A program made the position numbers and the translations under genes. From an uncultured Gemmatimonadaceae bacterium (GTDB lineage Bacteria; Gemmatimonadota; Gemmatimonadetes; Gemmatimonadales; Gemmatimonadaceae), in assembly GCA_963781585.1 (NCBI GenBank), contig CAWAGQ010000006.1:288001-352000 (forward strand): a stretch of 64,000 bases of DNA, in the 5' to 3' direction. Of the stretch, positions 53,434 to 63,412 are shown one piece after another (position 1 is the stretch's first letter; each line of letters opens with the position of its first letter). The notes under the pieces were generated by a model. It was given only the letters and a program-made list of their open reading frames with translations, ran no database searches and was not told the origin of the DNA.

Positions 53434-56400
53434 ATGTTGAAGCGCATGATCTCACTCGCGTCGCGGTCTCGCGCCGCACTCGCTCTCACCTCCCTCCTGG
53501 TCGCCGGAGCGGCGGTGCCGATCAAGCCCGACCTCCTCTCGGGACTGGTCTGGCGCAACGTCGGCCCGTTTCGCGGCGGACGCATCTCCGCGGCGTCAGG
53601 CGTGATCGGCGAACCCGGCACGTACTATGTCGGCACGCCAGCCGGCGGCGTCTGGAAGACCACGAGTGCGGGCCAGGTCTGGTACCCGGTGTTCGACAGA
53701 GTGAAAGACGTGTCGTCGATCGGCTCGATCGAGGTGGCGCCCTCAAACGGCAACGTCATCTACGTGGGTACGGGAGACCAGGTCACCGGTGGCGTCATCA
53801 ATGAAGGCAACGGCGTCTACAAGTCCACCGACGCGGGCGCGACATGGACGCACATGGGCCTCGATTCCAGCAAGCAGATTCCATCCATTGTCGTGGACCC
53901 GCGCAACCCGGATGTGGTCCTGGTTGCCGCGCAGGGCGACCTGCACGCGAAGAGTGACACGCGCGGCGTGTATCGCTCCACCGACGGCGGCGTGACCTGG
54001 ACCAAGACGCTGTTTGTCGCCGATACGATCGGAGTGCAGAAGATCGCGATCGCGTACGACCGACCCGATGTCGTCTTCGCGACGACGATGCGCCACTACA
54101 CCGCACCGCCGCCACCCTCCGGCATCACACCGCCGCCTGCGGGTGGTGGAGGCGGTGGTCGGGGTGGGCGCGGCGGAGCCACCGGACCCACCGGCACGTC
54201 GGTCTACAAGTCCACCGACGGCGGCGTTACATGGAAGGAGCTTATGGGCGGCAGCCTGCCACGCCTCTCGGCCAGCCGCACGTCCATCGCGGTCGCGATG
54301 AATACCGATGCACGCCGCGTGTACCTCATCGACAACGGCGGGCTCCATCGCTCCGATGACGGCGGCGCGACGTGGCGCCAGATGGATCCCACGGACCAGC
54401 GCATCCGCAACGGTCAGGGCGGCTACAACTGCGGCGTGTTCGTGGACCCGACGAATCCCGACGTCGTGTACACCTTCAATACCGCGAGCTACAAGTCGAC
54501 CGACGGCGGCAACACGTTCACCGGATTCCGCGGCGCGCCGGGCGGCGACGATCCGCAGGCGCACTGGATCGATCCCACCAACGGGCAGCGCATTCTGCTC
54601 GGCTACGACCAGGGCGCCATCGTCACCTTCGACGGCGGGCGGAACTGGAGCGACTGGTACAACCAGTCCACCGAGCAGGTCTATCACATCTCCGTCGACA
54701 ACTCGTTCCCGTACTGGATCTACGCCACACAGCAGGATGCGGGCGCCATCCGCCAGCGCAGTCGCGGCGACCTCGGTGAGATCACGCCGCTCGACTGGGG
54801 CCCGGTGAACGGATGGGAGTGGGGGACGATCGTCGCCGACCCGCTCAACTCCAACATCGTGTATGCGAGCGGCTCCGGCATCGTGAAGATCAGCTATCCA
54901 TCGGCACAGTGGATCAACGTGAGCCCGACCGCGGACCCCGGCCTGCGGGCGCGCAGCACCTCGTCGATGCCGCTGGTCTGGGCGCCGTGGAATCAGCACG
55001 AGCTCATCGCCGGCTTCCAGTTCGTCATGTCCACGGTCGACGGCGGCGCGCACTGGACGAAGATCAGCCCTGACCTCGGCTATCCGAAGGGGATGAGTCC
55101 GCCGCCTGATTCCGCGCCACCGACCCCTGGCGGATTTCCTGCGGGGGCCATCGAGACCCTTGCCGCGTCGCCGGTGGGGCGCGGGACGATCTGGGCAGGA
55201 CTCAACAACGGACTGATCAAGGTGACAGGGGACGAGGGAAAAACGTGGGACGATGTGTCGATCCCCGACCTGCCCTTTGCCGCGCGCGCCCTCGTCGAGG
55301 GACTGGATACGTCGCCCACAATGGCGGGCGAGGCGTACGCAGCGATCGACCTGCTGCGGACCGGCGACTTCGCCCCCTACCTGTTCCGCACCAGGGACTT
55401 CGGCAAGACGTGGACGAAGATCACGAACGGCCTGCGCACCGGAGAGGCAGCCGGGAGTTCGGTGCGCGTGGTGCGTGCCGATCCCCGACACACCGGGCTG
55501 CTCTACGCCGGCACCGAGACCGGGATGTACGTGTCGTTCGACGACGGCGACAGCTGGCAGTCGCTGAGCCTCAACCTGCCTAACACCTCGTATCGCGCGA
55601 TCGCGTTCCAGGGGAACGACGTGATCGTCGGCACGTACGGACGCGGCATCTGGATCCTCGACGACGCGGCGGTGCTGCGTCAGATGACGCCGGCGATCGC
55701 CAGCGAGCCGGTGCACCTCTTCAGGCCCGACCCATCGGTACGCGTGCGCCGCAACGTGAACGCCGACACACCGTTTCAACCCGACGTCCCGTACGCGCTC
55801 AACCCGCCCGACGGCATGGTCATCTACTATTGGCTCGGGTCGAAGCCTTCGGGCGACATCACACTCGACGTCGTCGATGCCGACGGTGCGGTGGTCAGGC
55901 ACTACTCGAGCGCGCCGATCACGCCCGTTGCCGAAGCCGCGAAGCCGCCATTCCCGAACTTCTGGCTTGCGCCGCCGAGCCCATTGCCCACGCGCATGGG
56001 GACCAATCGGGTGAGCTGGGATTTCCGTTACGATGATCCTCCGGCGTTCACCCATTCCTTCGAGATCAACGCGAACCCCGGTCAGACTCCCGCGGCGCCG
56101 CAGGGCGCATTCGCGCCGCCCGGCACGTACACCATCCGGCTCACGGTGCAGGGCAAGACGTACTCCGAGACCGCGACGGTCGCCAACGATCCGCGCTCAC
56201 CGGCATCCGCCGCAGAGCTGCGTGCCCAGTCGGCGCTGACGCGCAAGCTCCAGGTGGACGTGACGGCGGCGTGGCAGGCCTACCATCAGGTGGAGGCGAT
56301 GCGGACCGCGCTCGACAGTGTGATGCCGAAGGACACGGCATCGGAGTTGGCGCGCGCGATCAAATCCTTCCGCGCCGAGGTCGACAGCGTGGGTGGAAGG

Positions 56401-56694
56401 GCCGGCGGCGGGCGCGGCTTCGGCGGCCGCGGTGGCGGGCCTCCGCCGACGCCGAACTTCGCCGCCGCGCACAGCCGCCTGCTCGGCGAACTTACCGCGC
56501 AGGAGAACGGTGACTTCGCACCGACCGCGAGTGTGTTGAAAGGATTTGCCGCAGCCTGCGCCGATCTCGGAACGGCCGTTGCGGACTGGCAGGCGATCAA
56601 CGGCAACTACCTCGATGCGCTCAACGCGGTGCTCGCGAAGAACGGAATGAAGTCCGTGCCGCGCGCAGTGCGGGCGATCCATCGGGAATGTTGA
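53434..56694 (+). CDS. VPS10/BNR-repeat (sortilin-like) putative glycosyl hydrolase
   Basis: WRNVGPFRGGR, many S-x-D-G-G-x-T-W Asp-boxes, GTYGRGIWILDD, PGTYTIRL. Confidence 0.92.
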   Translation: MLKRMISLASRSRAALALTSLLVAGAAVPIKPDLLSGLVWRNVGPFRGGRISAASGVIGEPGTYYVGTPAGGVWKTTSAGQVWYPVFDRVKDVSSIGSIEVAPSNGNVIYVGTGDQVTGGVINEGNGVYKSTDAGATWTHMGLDSSKQIPSIVVDPRNPDVVLVAAQGDLHAKSDTRGVYRSTDGGVTWTKTLFVADTIGVQKIAIAYDRPDVVFATTMRHYTAPPPPSGITPPPAGGGGGGRGGRGGATGPTGTSVYKSTDGGVTWKELMGGSLPRLSASRTSIAVAMNTDARRVYLIDNGGLHRSDDGGATWRQMDPTDQRIRNGQGGYNCGVFVDPTNPDVVYTFNTASYKSTDGGNTFTGFRGAPGGDDPQAHWIDPTNGQRILLGYDQGAIVTFDGGRNWSDWYNQSTEQVYHISVDNSFPYWIYATQQDAGAIRQRSRGDLGEITPLDWGPVNGWEWGTIVADPLNSNIVYASGSGIVKISYPSAQWINVSPTADPGLRARSTSSMPLVWAPWNQHELIAGFQFVMSTVDGGAHWTKISPDLGYPKGMSPPPDSAPPTPGGFPAGAIETLAASPVGRGTIWAGLNNGLIKVTGDEGKTWDDVSIPDLPFAARALVEGLDTSPTMAGEAYAAIDLLRTGDFAPYLFRTRDFGKTWTKITNGLRTGEAAGSSVRVVRADPRHTGLLYAGTETGMYVSFDDGDSWQSLSLNLPNTSYRAIAFQGNDVIVGTYGRGIWILDDAAVLRQMTPAIASEPVHLFRPDPSVRVRRNVNADTPFQPDVPYALNPPDGMVIYYWLGSKPSGDITLDVVDADGAVVRHYSSAPITPVAEAAKPPFPNFWLAPPSPLPTRMGTNRVSWDFRYDDPPAFTHSFEINANPGQTPAAPQGAFAPPGTYTIRLTVQGKTYSETATVANDPRSPASAAELRAQSALTRKLQVDVTAAWQAYHQVEAMRTALDSVMPKDTASELARAIKSFRAEVDSVGGRAGGGRGFGGRGGGPPPTPNFAAAHSRLLGELTAQENGDFAPTASVLKGFAAACADLGTAVADWQAINGNYLDALNAVLAKNGMKSVPRAVRAIHREC

Positions 56695-56709
56695 ATGGCT
56701 GTGTTCGCC

Positions 56710-56747
56710 GGAATTGCTTGCGCTGCGACCTAGCGCAAACAGATTCC
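56710..56747. terminator. Stem-loop downstream of the VPS10 gene (terminator or operator)
   Basis: GGAAT..TTGCGCT-gcgacct-AGCGCAA..ATTCC; no U-tract. Confidence 0.35.
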
Positions 56748-56824
56748 GACCGGCGGGACGGCTACCGTTGGCTCCCTCCACAACCGTCAGCAGACCTTCT
56801 CGTGCCCGAGCCGGAGTGACTCAA

Positions 56825-57304
56825 ATGGCAACCAACCAGGCGCCGATCACCAACCCCGCGGACTTTCTCAAACTGTCCGGCGACAAGCTCGACGAAATCT
56901 TCCGCGCGAGTCCTGCTGGTGAGATCCCGACCGGCGAGGGAGAGGGCACGGCCATCATCGCCCCCGGCCACGAGGTGTCGGACGCGATCGCGAAATTCGT
57001 TCACATCTTCACCTGGAAGGGGAAAGTCTTCGAGCGCGATCCCGCGAACCCGGCGCGTGGCTGGCTGAAGAACCGCCTGTTGCTGCTCGGTCATCAGGCG
57101 ATCGTCGCCGAAGTGTTCAAGGGGCCGAGCTGGCTCGATGAGAAGGAGTGCATCGTGCTCGACTACTCGCACACGTCGATCGTCGCGCAGTGGATCCGCG
57201 ACGAGATTCGCCAGGTGAGCCCGGGCGTCTTCCTGGGGATCGTGTACTGGGGGAAGGAAAAACCGCACGCGCACCGGCTCATCCACTTCGCGCTGAGGTT
57301 CTGA
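56825..57304 (+). CDS. Conserved hypothetical protein (WKGKVF / LDY / IRDEIR motif family)
   Basis: LDEIFRASPAG, WKGKVF, SWLDEKECIVLDYS, IRDEIRQV.PGVFLG; GGAG upstream of the ATG. Confidence 0.8.
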   Translation: MATNQAPITNPADFLKLSGDKLDEIFRASPAGEIPTGEGEGTAIIAPGHEVSDAIAKFVHIFTWKGKVFERDPANPARGWLKNRLLLLGHQAIVAEVFKGPSWLDEKECIVLDYSHTSIVAQWIRDEIRQVSPGVFLGIVYWGKEKPHAHRLIHFALRF

Positions 57305-57332
57305 GCGGCAGCATCCGATCCAGGTTCGAACG

Positions 57333-59312
57333 CTATTCCATGGCGAATATCAGAATCCCGTTCGCCGGAATGTTCACCGTGCCCGAACATTGGAGCCCGT
57401 GCATCGGGCGGCCGGTCGCTTCGATCGCGCCGAGATTCCCCACCATCTGCCGGTTCGGCCGCATATCGTAGTAGTCACTGTTCAGCGCCTCGCGCCACCG
57501 GCCGGGACGCGGAAAGCCGAGCTCGTACCGCCAATACGCCGTTTCGCTCAGGCTCGCCACCACCACCACGTCTTCGCCCGCACCCTCCACCCACCGGTGA
57601 AAGGCGAGGACGCGGTTGTCGTTGTGGACGTGAAACGGGTTGACGAGGTCCGAGCGAAGCGCACCAAGCGATCGCCGCGTTCGCACCAGGTCACCGGCAA
57701 ACGCGAGGAAGTCGCGCATCACGGCGTCCACGTCGAGGCCGTCCCACCATACCAGCGTCCCGGGCGCCGCCTCCGGGTTGTCGCTCCAATACTTGTCCTC
57801 GAGGATCTCCTCGCCCATGAACAGCATCGGAATGCCGGGCGCCGACAGCAGCAGACCGGTGGCCACGCGCGCCCGGCTCCGCGCATACCAGCTCCGCGGA
57901 TTGCCTCCATCGGCCAGCCGCGATACTCGCGGCTCGCGGTCTGCGTGGTCGAGGAGCAGGATGTCGTGATTCTCCAGGAACTGTACGGCTCGCCACGCGT
58001 CGGAGAAACCGGGTGGCGCGAGCAGGGCGCCGGCCACCGCATCGAGATCCACCGGCGCCGATGCTCCGTGGGCCGCGGCGCCGACCGCGGCACGCACGCT
58101 TCGCCTGAGCCGATCGGACCACGCAGCGTCGAAGCCAAGCCCGGTGGGAACCGGCTGCACCGCCAGCCAGCGCGAGTCCTTCCAGTATTCCGCGATCTGA
58201 ATGGCCTCCGGCTTCGCCGCGCGAACGCGGCTCGACAGCTCCTGCGCGAAGGTCCAGCCGCCGAAGTCGTCGATCACACTCACCTCGTCGTAACGCAGGC
58301 CGTCGACGTGATACTCGTCGAGGAGGAAAGTCGCGTTGTCCCCGAGAAAGCCGCGCACGCCTGCGTTCCAGAACGCGAACACCAGTCCCCCCGCCCATCC
58401 CTCGTCGGTGAAGAAGAGACTCTCGTTGTTCGACCCGAACGGTCGGCGATCGTAGAAGTAGATGCTGTGATCATCAAACCCGCCGCCGGCATGGTTGTAC
58501 ACAACGTCGCAAATCACCGCCATGCCATTGAGGTGGCACAGGTCGACGACGCACTTGAGCTGATTGGTTGCCGAAGTGATGTCGCCAACAGAGAGCGCGG
58601 GACGGCCATGCTGGCCGAGCAGCCGATTGGCTTCGTGCAGGTAGCGCAGGAGCTCATCCGCGTCACCCACGTGATAGTCCGTCTCCGGCGAGAAGTAGTC
58701 CGTCCCGTTGTATCCCTGACTGAACATCGACGGGAATTCCTGAATCGGCAGCGGCTGAACGGCATTCACGCCCAGATCGCGCAGATACTCGATGCGAAAA
58801 AGGAGGTCGAGGAACCTGCCTCGTCGCGTCTCACGCTGATCTTGTCCAGCGGCATCCGCGGCGTAATAGGTGCCGACGTGCAACTGGTAAACCACCAGAT
58901 CGCGAAACGCCGGCACCCGAAAGCCGTCGTCATGCCAGGGGTAGTCGTTCGACGGCCGTACCAGGCAGTCGCAATCGGGAAACGCCGGGACAGTGCCGAG
59001 CTCCCGCGCATACGGGTCTCGCTTGAAGCCGGTGCTGCCTTCACCGACAATCCAGTACCGGTAGGGTGTGCCGTTCGCGACGCCCGGAACAAATCCCGCC
59101 CACGAGCCGTCGGCGCGGCGGACGAGCAGATCCGCGGCCGCGGGCGCCCACCCCGGTTGTCGCGCTGCCGCCAGCGCGTCGGTGATCACGTAGACCTCGC
59201 GCGCCGATGGCGCCCAGGTTCGAAACGTCGCGCCGCCGTCTCGCAGCGTCGCCCCCATCGGGGTGTGATCGTCCACGTGCTCCTGGGTCACGGCCATGGT
59301 CAATCGTTTCAT
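57333..59312 (-). CDS. GH13 alpha-amylase family protein (branching enzyme/trehalohydrolase-like) with N-terminal CBM48
   Basis: FRTWAPSA, YQLHVGT, DVVYNH, DGLRYD, IAEYW, FLENHD, GIPMLFMGEE; alternative start at 59297. Confidence 0.92.
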   Translation of the reverse strand: MKRLTMAVTQEHVDDHTPMGATLRDGGATFRTWAPSAREVYVITDALAAARQPGWAPAAADLLVRRADGSWAGFVPGVANGTPYRYWIVGEGSTGFKRDPYARELGTVPAFPDCDCLVRPSNDYPWHDDGFRVPAFRDLVVYQLHVGTYYAADAAGQDQRETRRGRFLDLLFRIEYLRDLGVNAVQPLPIQEFPSMFSQGYNGTDYFSPETDYHVGDADELLRYLHEANRLLGQHGRPALSVGDITSATNQLKCVVDLCHLNGMAVICDVVYNHAGGGFDDHSIYFYDRRPFGSNNESLFFTDEGWAGGLVFAFWNAGVRGFLGDNATFLLDEYHVDGLRYDEVSVIDDFGGWTFAQELSSRVRAAKPEAIQIAEYWKDSRWLAVQPVPTGLGFDAAWSDRLRRSVRAAVGAAAHGASAPVDLDAVAGALLAPPGFSDAWRAVQFLENHDILLLDHADREPRVSRLADGGNPRSWYARSRARVATGLLLSAPGIPMLFMGEEILEDKYWSDNPEAAPGTLVWWDGLDVDAVMRDFLAFAGDLVRTRRSLGALRSDLVNPFHVHNDNRVLAFHRWVEGAGEDVVVVASLSETAYWRYELGFPRPGRWREALNSDYYDMRPNRQMVGNLGAIEATGRPMHGLQCSGTVNIPANGILIFAME

Positions 59313-59322
59313 CCGGTTCCCG

Positions 59323-60834
59323 TCAGGCGCCGCGCTCGGTCGCGAAGAACCGCAGCGCCCGAAGTCCCGGCAGGAAGAAGTACGCGCCGCCGCGTACCGT
59401 GATGAATTGCGGGAGGCCGCTCACGCGGCGTGGCGCCGCGCCGTCCTGTGGCATCGTAAAGTCGGCGGTCACCGGACATCCTGGAACCGGGGTACGCCCA
59501 CCCAGCAGCGGATCGCTCTCTCCGCTCATTCCGGCGAACTTGGTGTTCATGATCCACGCGTTCTGCAGAAATTCGAACTGACGCGAGATGTTCGCGTTGA
59601 GGCAGACGAAATACAGTCCGCGCTCGGGATCCGACCCTGACGCGGGGGCAAGCGCCTCAGCGGGAGTGAGTCCGGCTCCATACTCGCGGCCGCGCCGCAG
59701 CAGACGATGGTAACGCACCGATGACGTCAGGTCGTCGTAGAACACCTGCCGGCCGAGACCGAGCATCGCCCGCAGCTTCGCCAGCCCGCTCGGATGACCC
59801 GGGAGATCGGTGTTGCGAGGATTCGCTCTCCGGACGTGCGCGCCGAACGGACAGCCGGTGCCCGCCGGATCCCCGTCGAACGTGAACTGATTGAGCCGGA
59901 TCGCATCGGGTTTGGTGCCGATGCCGGGAATCGGCTGCTCCTGAACCGGCACGAGCGGCTCGCCCGCCCGGGTACGCCCCACGAACGCCGCCGCGAGCTG
60001 GTCGGCGCGCTCGAAATTGCCACCGCTCTGCTGAGCGACGAACTGCCAGAACCCCCGCACGTCCTGCCGGAGCTGGCGCATAACGAGATACGTCCCGTTG
60101 CGGCCGACGTCCTTCTGTGACGGCGCGTCCTGGGCGGAGAGCAGATCGGCGGCCGCCGGATCGGCATCGACGACTGGTCGATCGGTGTACTTGCCGTATT
60201 CATTGCGATAGCCGAGCAGAAACTCTCCGAGCGCGACGACGTTGGTGTAGTCGAGCTGCGCGCGGAGGGGATCCCGCGCCTGCTGCCAGTCGATCTCGGG
60301 CTGGCTGATTCCGTCACTGAAGCCGAACGGCTCGAGCCCACCGAGATCGCCGGTGTCCAGCCGGCGCAGCAGGTCGAACGCATCGGTCCAGGTGCTTCCC
60401 TGCGCGCGATGCATGAACGCGTCGACGCCACCATTCCCTGGCTCGGCGAAGAACATCACGACCAGGTGCGGCACTCGCGATTGGCCGCCCGCCCCCCACT
60501 CCCACCGGGCCGGCGCATTGCTCCCGACGTCGCCCAGCCGGCGCGCGCGATTGTCCGCCGCCATCCCGCCGAGAAACTCGGCGGAGAAGCCGCCAACTAC
60601 GGACCAGGGTACGCCGAGCGCCTGCAGCCCCGCCGCGGTGAGCGCGACCTGCAACGCTGTCGATGGCGGGGGAGTCACCGTCACCGCGCTGGTGACCGGA
60701 GCGGATCTGAGCCATGCGCGCGCGGCCGCCGGATTCCTGACACGCGCCAGCAGGTACGCGGCCTGGGTCAGCTTCCCGTGGCCGAAGCGCACGATGCCCT
60801 GCACGTCGGCAAAGTCCAGGTCGCCGCGCGTCAC
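59323..60834 (-). CDS. Dye-decolorizing (DyP-type) heme peroxidase
   Basis: EPFGFSDGISQP (GxxDG), CPFGAHVRRANPR (proximal His), HRLLRRGREYG (distal Arg), QFEFLQ; GTG overlaps the upstream TGA. Confidence 0.93.
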   Translation of the reverse strand: MTRGDLDFADVQGIVRFGHGKLTQAAYLLARVRNPAAARAWLRSAPVTSAVTVTPPPSTALQVALTAAGLQALGVPWSVVGGFSAEFLGGMAADNRARRLGDVGSNAPARWEWGAGGQSRVPHLVVMFFAEPGNGGVDAFMHRAQGSTWTDAFDLLRRLDTGDLGGLEPFGFSDGISQPEIDWQQARDPLRAQLDYTNVVALGEFLLGYRNEYGKYTDRPVVDADPAAADLLSAQDAPSQKDVGRNGTYLVMRQLRQDVRGFWQFVAQQSGGNFERADQLAAAFVGRTRAGEPLVPVQEQPIPGIGTKPDAIRLNQFTFDGDPAGTGCPFGAHVRRANPRNTDLPGHPSGLAKLRAMLGLGRQVFYDDLTSSVRYHRLLRRGREYGAGLTPAEALAPASGSDPERGLYFVCLNANISRQFEFLQNAWIMNTKFAGMSGESDPLLGGRTPVPGCPVTADFTMPQDGAAPRRVSGLPQFITVRGGAYFFLPGLRALRFFATERGA

Positions 60835-62132
60835 AGGAGCGCCACCCATGCGCGCGCCTCGGCCTCGCTCAGCGCCGGCGATTCCAGCCCGCGGCGAATT
60901 CCGCCGTTCCGTTCCAGGTCGACCGCCGTCATCCCCGGATACGCCTTGTACCAGACCTGGGTCGGCACCTGATGGCGGCGCAGGTACTCCTTGAACTTGC
61001 GCTCGTCGCTGCACCCGTCGAGCAGCAGCCACCTGGTTCGCGGGTATCCGATGCCTCCGCTGAACGCGATGTTGAGCCCGTACCCGACCTTGTTGATGAA
61101 GTCGTCCATGTAGCTCTCGAGGCTTCCGTCGTAGTTGCTGAAGAACACCGCGCGCTTCCTGCCGTCGAGAAAGACCCAGCGCGCGAAGTGGATCGTCCGC
61201 ACCCGGGCCAGCCCGCCGTGGGTGAAGACGTGGCGGGCCGCGTAATCGATCAGGAAGAACGCGGCGATCGCCATCCAGAGTCGCGCGATCCCGGGCTTCA
61301 GGCTCCCCATCGCCGTGAACTGATTGGTGACGTCGTGATCCTCCAGATCGGCCAGATCATCCGAGTATTGCATGTCGACGCGGGAACAGAGCTCCGGATC
61401 CGTCCGCTCCAGCGATCGCAGACGAAGGAGCGTGACGATCGCCACCGGTATGAGGACCGGAGACGCGATCAGCAGCGCCACCGGGACGCCGATCAGGTGC
61501 ATCAGGTTGCGCACACGCCAGCCAGCCGGCGTTGGTTCGTCTGGTGAGAGGCTGAGGCGTCCGGCTGCGCGCTCACCGTTGACGTACTGCCGGAGCGCCG
61601 CGTGGATCGCCGTCGCCGGCAGTCCGGCCAGCGTTTGCGCGTTGCTTTCCACGAAGCGGTCGATGGCCGCGCGCAGCGCGGCTTCCTCACGGACCCGGCG
61701 CACCGTTCGGCCGACCCAATTCACATAGTTGGCCGCCGACGGCACGGTGTGCGCCCGCATCCACCGCAACAGATCGGTGTCGGGCGTGAATCCCTCGCAG
61801 CACGCGAACAGCGAGCGCAATCCATCGGGCGCCACCCGGGCGGCCTGTCGCAGAAACGCATCGGCCTCGCCGTCGATGTCGCCGAGGAACGCGAGGTACA
61901 ACGGATAGGAGGCCGGGGTCAGACCGTGCGCGCGCACGTCGTCGACCGTCCGGTCGTCGATGATCAGGAATCGCGCGACGTGCACGGTGTCGAACTTCGC
62001 GAACGGCACCAGCCCGTTGTCCGGGTTCACGGATCCCGGCCCGTCGTTCATCGACGCCAGCAGCTGGCGAAGGGCCGCCTCGCGCCGCGGATCGATCGGC
62101 GCCAGCACCATGAACTGCGATTGCGGAGTCAT
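60831..62132 (-). CDS. Conserved hypothetical protein with an internally duplicated H-x-A-R domain and a central hydrophobic helix
   Basis: TVHVARFLII...LAFLGDIDG versus TIHFARWVFL...VFFSNYDG; ATG at 62132. Confidence 0.85.
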   Translation of the reverse strand: MTPQSQFMVLAPIDPRREAALRQLLASMNDGPGSVNPDNGLVPFAKFDTVHVARFLIIDDRTVDDVRAHGLTPASYPLYLAFLGDIDGEADAFLRQAARVAPDGLRSLFACCEGFTPDTDLLRWMRAHTVPSAANYVNWVGRTVRRVREEAALRAAIDRFVESNAQTLAGLPATAIHAALRQYVNGERAAGRLSLSPDEPTPAGWRVRNLMHLIGVPVALLIASPVLIPVAIVTLLRLRSLERTDPELCSRVDMQYSDDLADLEDHDVTNQFTAMGSLKPGIARLWMAIAAFFLIDYAARHVFTHGGLARVRTIHFARWVFLDGRKRAVFFSNYDGSLESYMDDFINKVGYGLNIAFSGGIGYPRTRWLLLDGCSDERKFKEYLRRHQVPTQVWYKAYPGMTAVDLERNGGIRRGLESPALSEAEARAWVALL

Positions 62133-62137
62133 CGCCG

Positions 62138-63412
62138 TTACTCGAAAACCTCGTCCCCGTCGGGCTCGTAATGCGGCACCGCGTTCATCGAGTGCCGCAA
62201 CTGCGACAAGGTCCAGTACATGCGCTTGCGCGCGCGACTCTGATTCCCCAACGGCCGATGCTCCGCAATCGTGTGCCACGGATTGTACGACAGGCGTCTC
62301 GCGAAATCCATTTGCGCCCGTGAGGTGAAGGTCTGCGGCGGAATGCGCAGCGTCGCGGCCGACACGCGCGGTGACAACCGCTCGGGCCACAGCACCGCGT
62401 TGTTCTCGATCGGCATCAGGTACGGGTCGGTCTGCCGCTGCAGGCGGATGTCGAACTCCACCGGTCCGCGGTCGAGAGCCGCGACCATGGCGTCGCGCAG
62501 GTAGTCGTCAGGCGGACGGAACGGGAGGCGCGGGATGCGGGTGCGCCGGTTCGACTTCGGCCACACCGAGTACTGCATGGCCTGGCCTTCGCCCAGCAGA
62601 TACGGCACGCAACTGAAGTACGGCGCCTCGAACGGACTGCTCTGCGTCTTGATCCAGAGCGCCTGCATGATGCCGTCAAGGACATGCGGCCGATGGAAGT
62701 TGAGGAAGTAGAAGATCTGCGCGTTCCGGAGGCTCTCGATCTGCAGCTGCGCGTTCGCCTCGGTGTCGGGCGTGACGAAGGTCGGCGTCGACACGCCGAA
62801 CACGTCCAGGGTGAACCTCTCGTCGTCCATCAGCTTCGGGCCAGGCACGCCCATCAGCTTGATGCTGATGCTCATGAAGCCGACGTCGTCGATGTCCGGG
62901 GTCACGTACGGCCCGGGCCCCGAGAATCGGACCCAGGCGCGGTAGGTCTTCGGCTCGGCGTAGATGCCGTGCCGGAACGCCGGCGGCAAATCGGCGTGCA
63001 CAATGAACTCTCCGCGCACGATGCCATGGGTCTTGGTGTTCCCCCCGCGCTCGAAGCCTCCGGGCTTCCAGAGTCCGCGCATCTGCTTCTCGAACGTCGC
63101 GATGATCGAGTCGAGAAACGCCTCCTCGTTCGGAAGCGGCTTCTCCTCGGCGATCCGCAGGCCCTCGTTGGGACGCTTCGCGTTGATCAGCGCGGTGACC
63201 ACGCGCGCGATCGGATCGCGTAGCACGGCGTCGAAGGCCGGGCGAAAGAACGGGTCGAACCGGCGCTCGAAATGGAGGAGCGCCATTGATGCGCTGGCCA
63301 GCCAGTTCCGCAAGGCCGAACCGGTGTTCGGCGGCGGGATGGGCCGACTCCTGTTGGAATCCACGGGCGCCATCGATGAAGGCCCGCCAGATCCGCCGGC
63401 GCCTTCCGTCAT
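62138..63412 (-). CDS. Catalase-related heme protein (AOS/HPL-like mini-catalase) with the distal His replaced by Asn
   Basis: RGGNTKTHGIVRGEF, WVRFS, ISIKLMGV, YFSCVPY, MPIEN..VLW, SYNPWH..EHRPLG..SRARKRMY (proximal Tyr); ATGA overlap with the P450 stop. Confidence 0.88.
   Translation of the reverse strand: MTEGAGGSGGPSSMAPVDSNRSRPIPPPNTGSALRNWLASASMALLHFERRFDPFFRPAFDAVLRDPIARVVTALINAKRPNEGLRIAEEKPLPNEEAFLDSIIATFEKQMRGLWKPGGFERGGNTKTHGIVRGEFIVHADLPPAFRHGIYAEPKTYRAWVRFSGPGPYVTPDIDDVGFMSISIKLMGVPGPKLMDDERFTLDVFGVSTPTFVTPDTEANAQLQIESLRNAQIFYFLNFHRPHVLDGIMQALWIKTQSSPFEAPYFSCVPYLLGEGQAMQYSVWPKSNRRTRIPRLPFRPPDDYLRDAMVAALDRGPVEFDIRLQRQTDPYLMPIENNAVLWPERLSPRVSAATLRIPPQTFTSRAQMDFARRLSYNPWHTIAEHRPLGNQSRARKRMYWTLSQLRHSMNAVPHYEPDGDEVFE

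Noticed and set aside
59323..59400. Encapsulin cargo-loading peptide on the DyP
   Set aside because: The C-terminus (RALRFFATERGA) lacks an L-x-I-G-S-L-like motif and no encapsulin gene is present.
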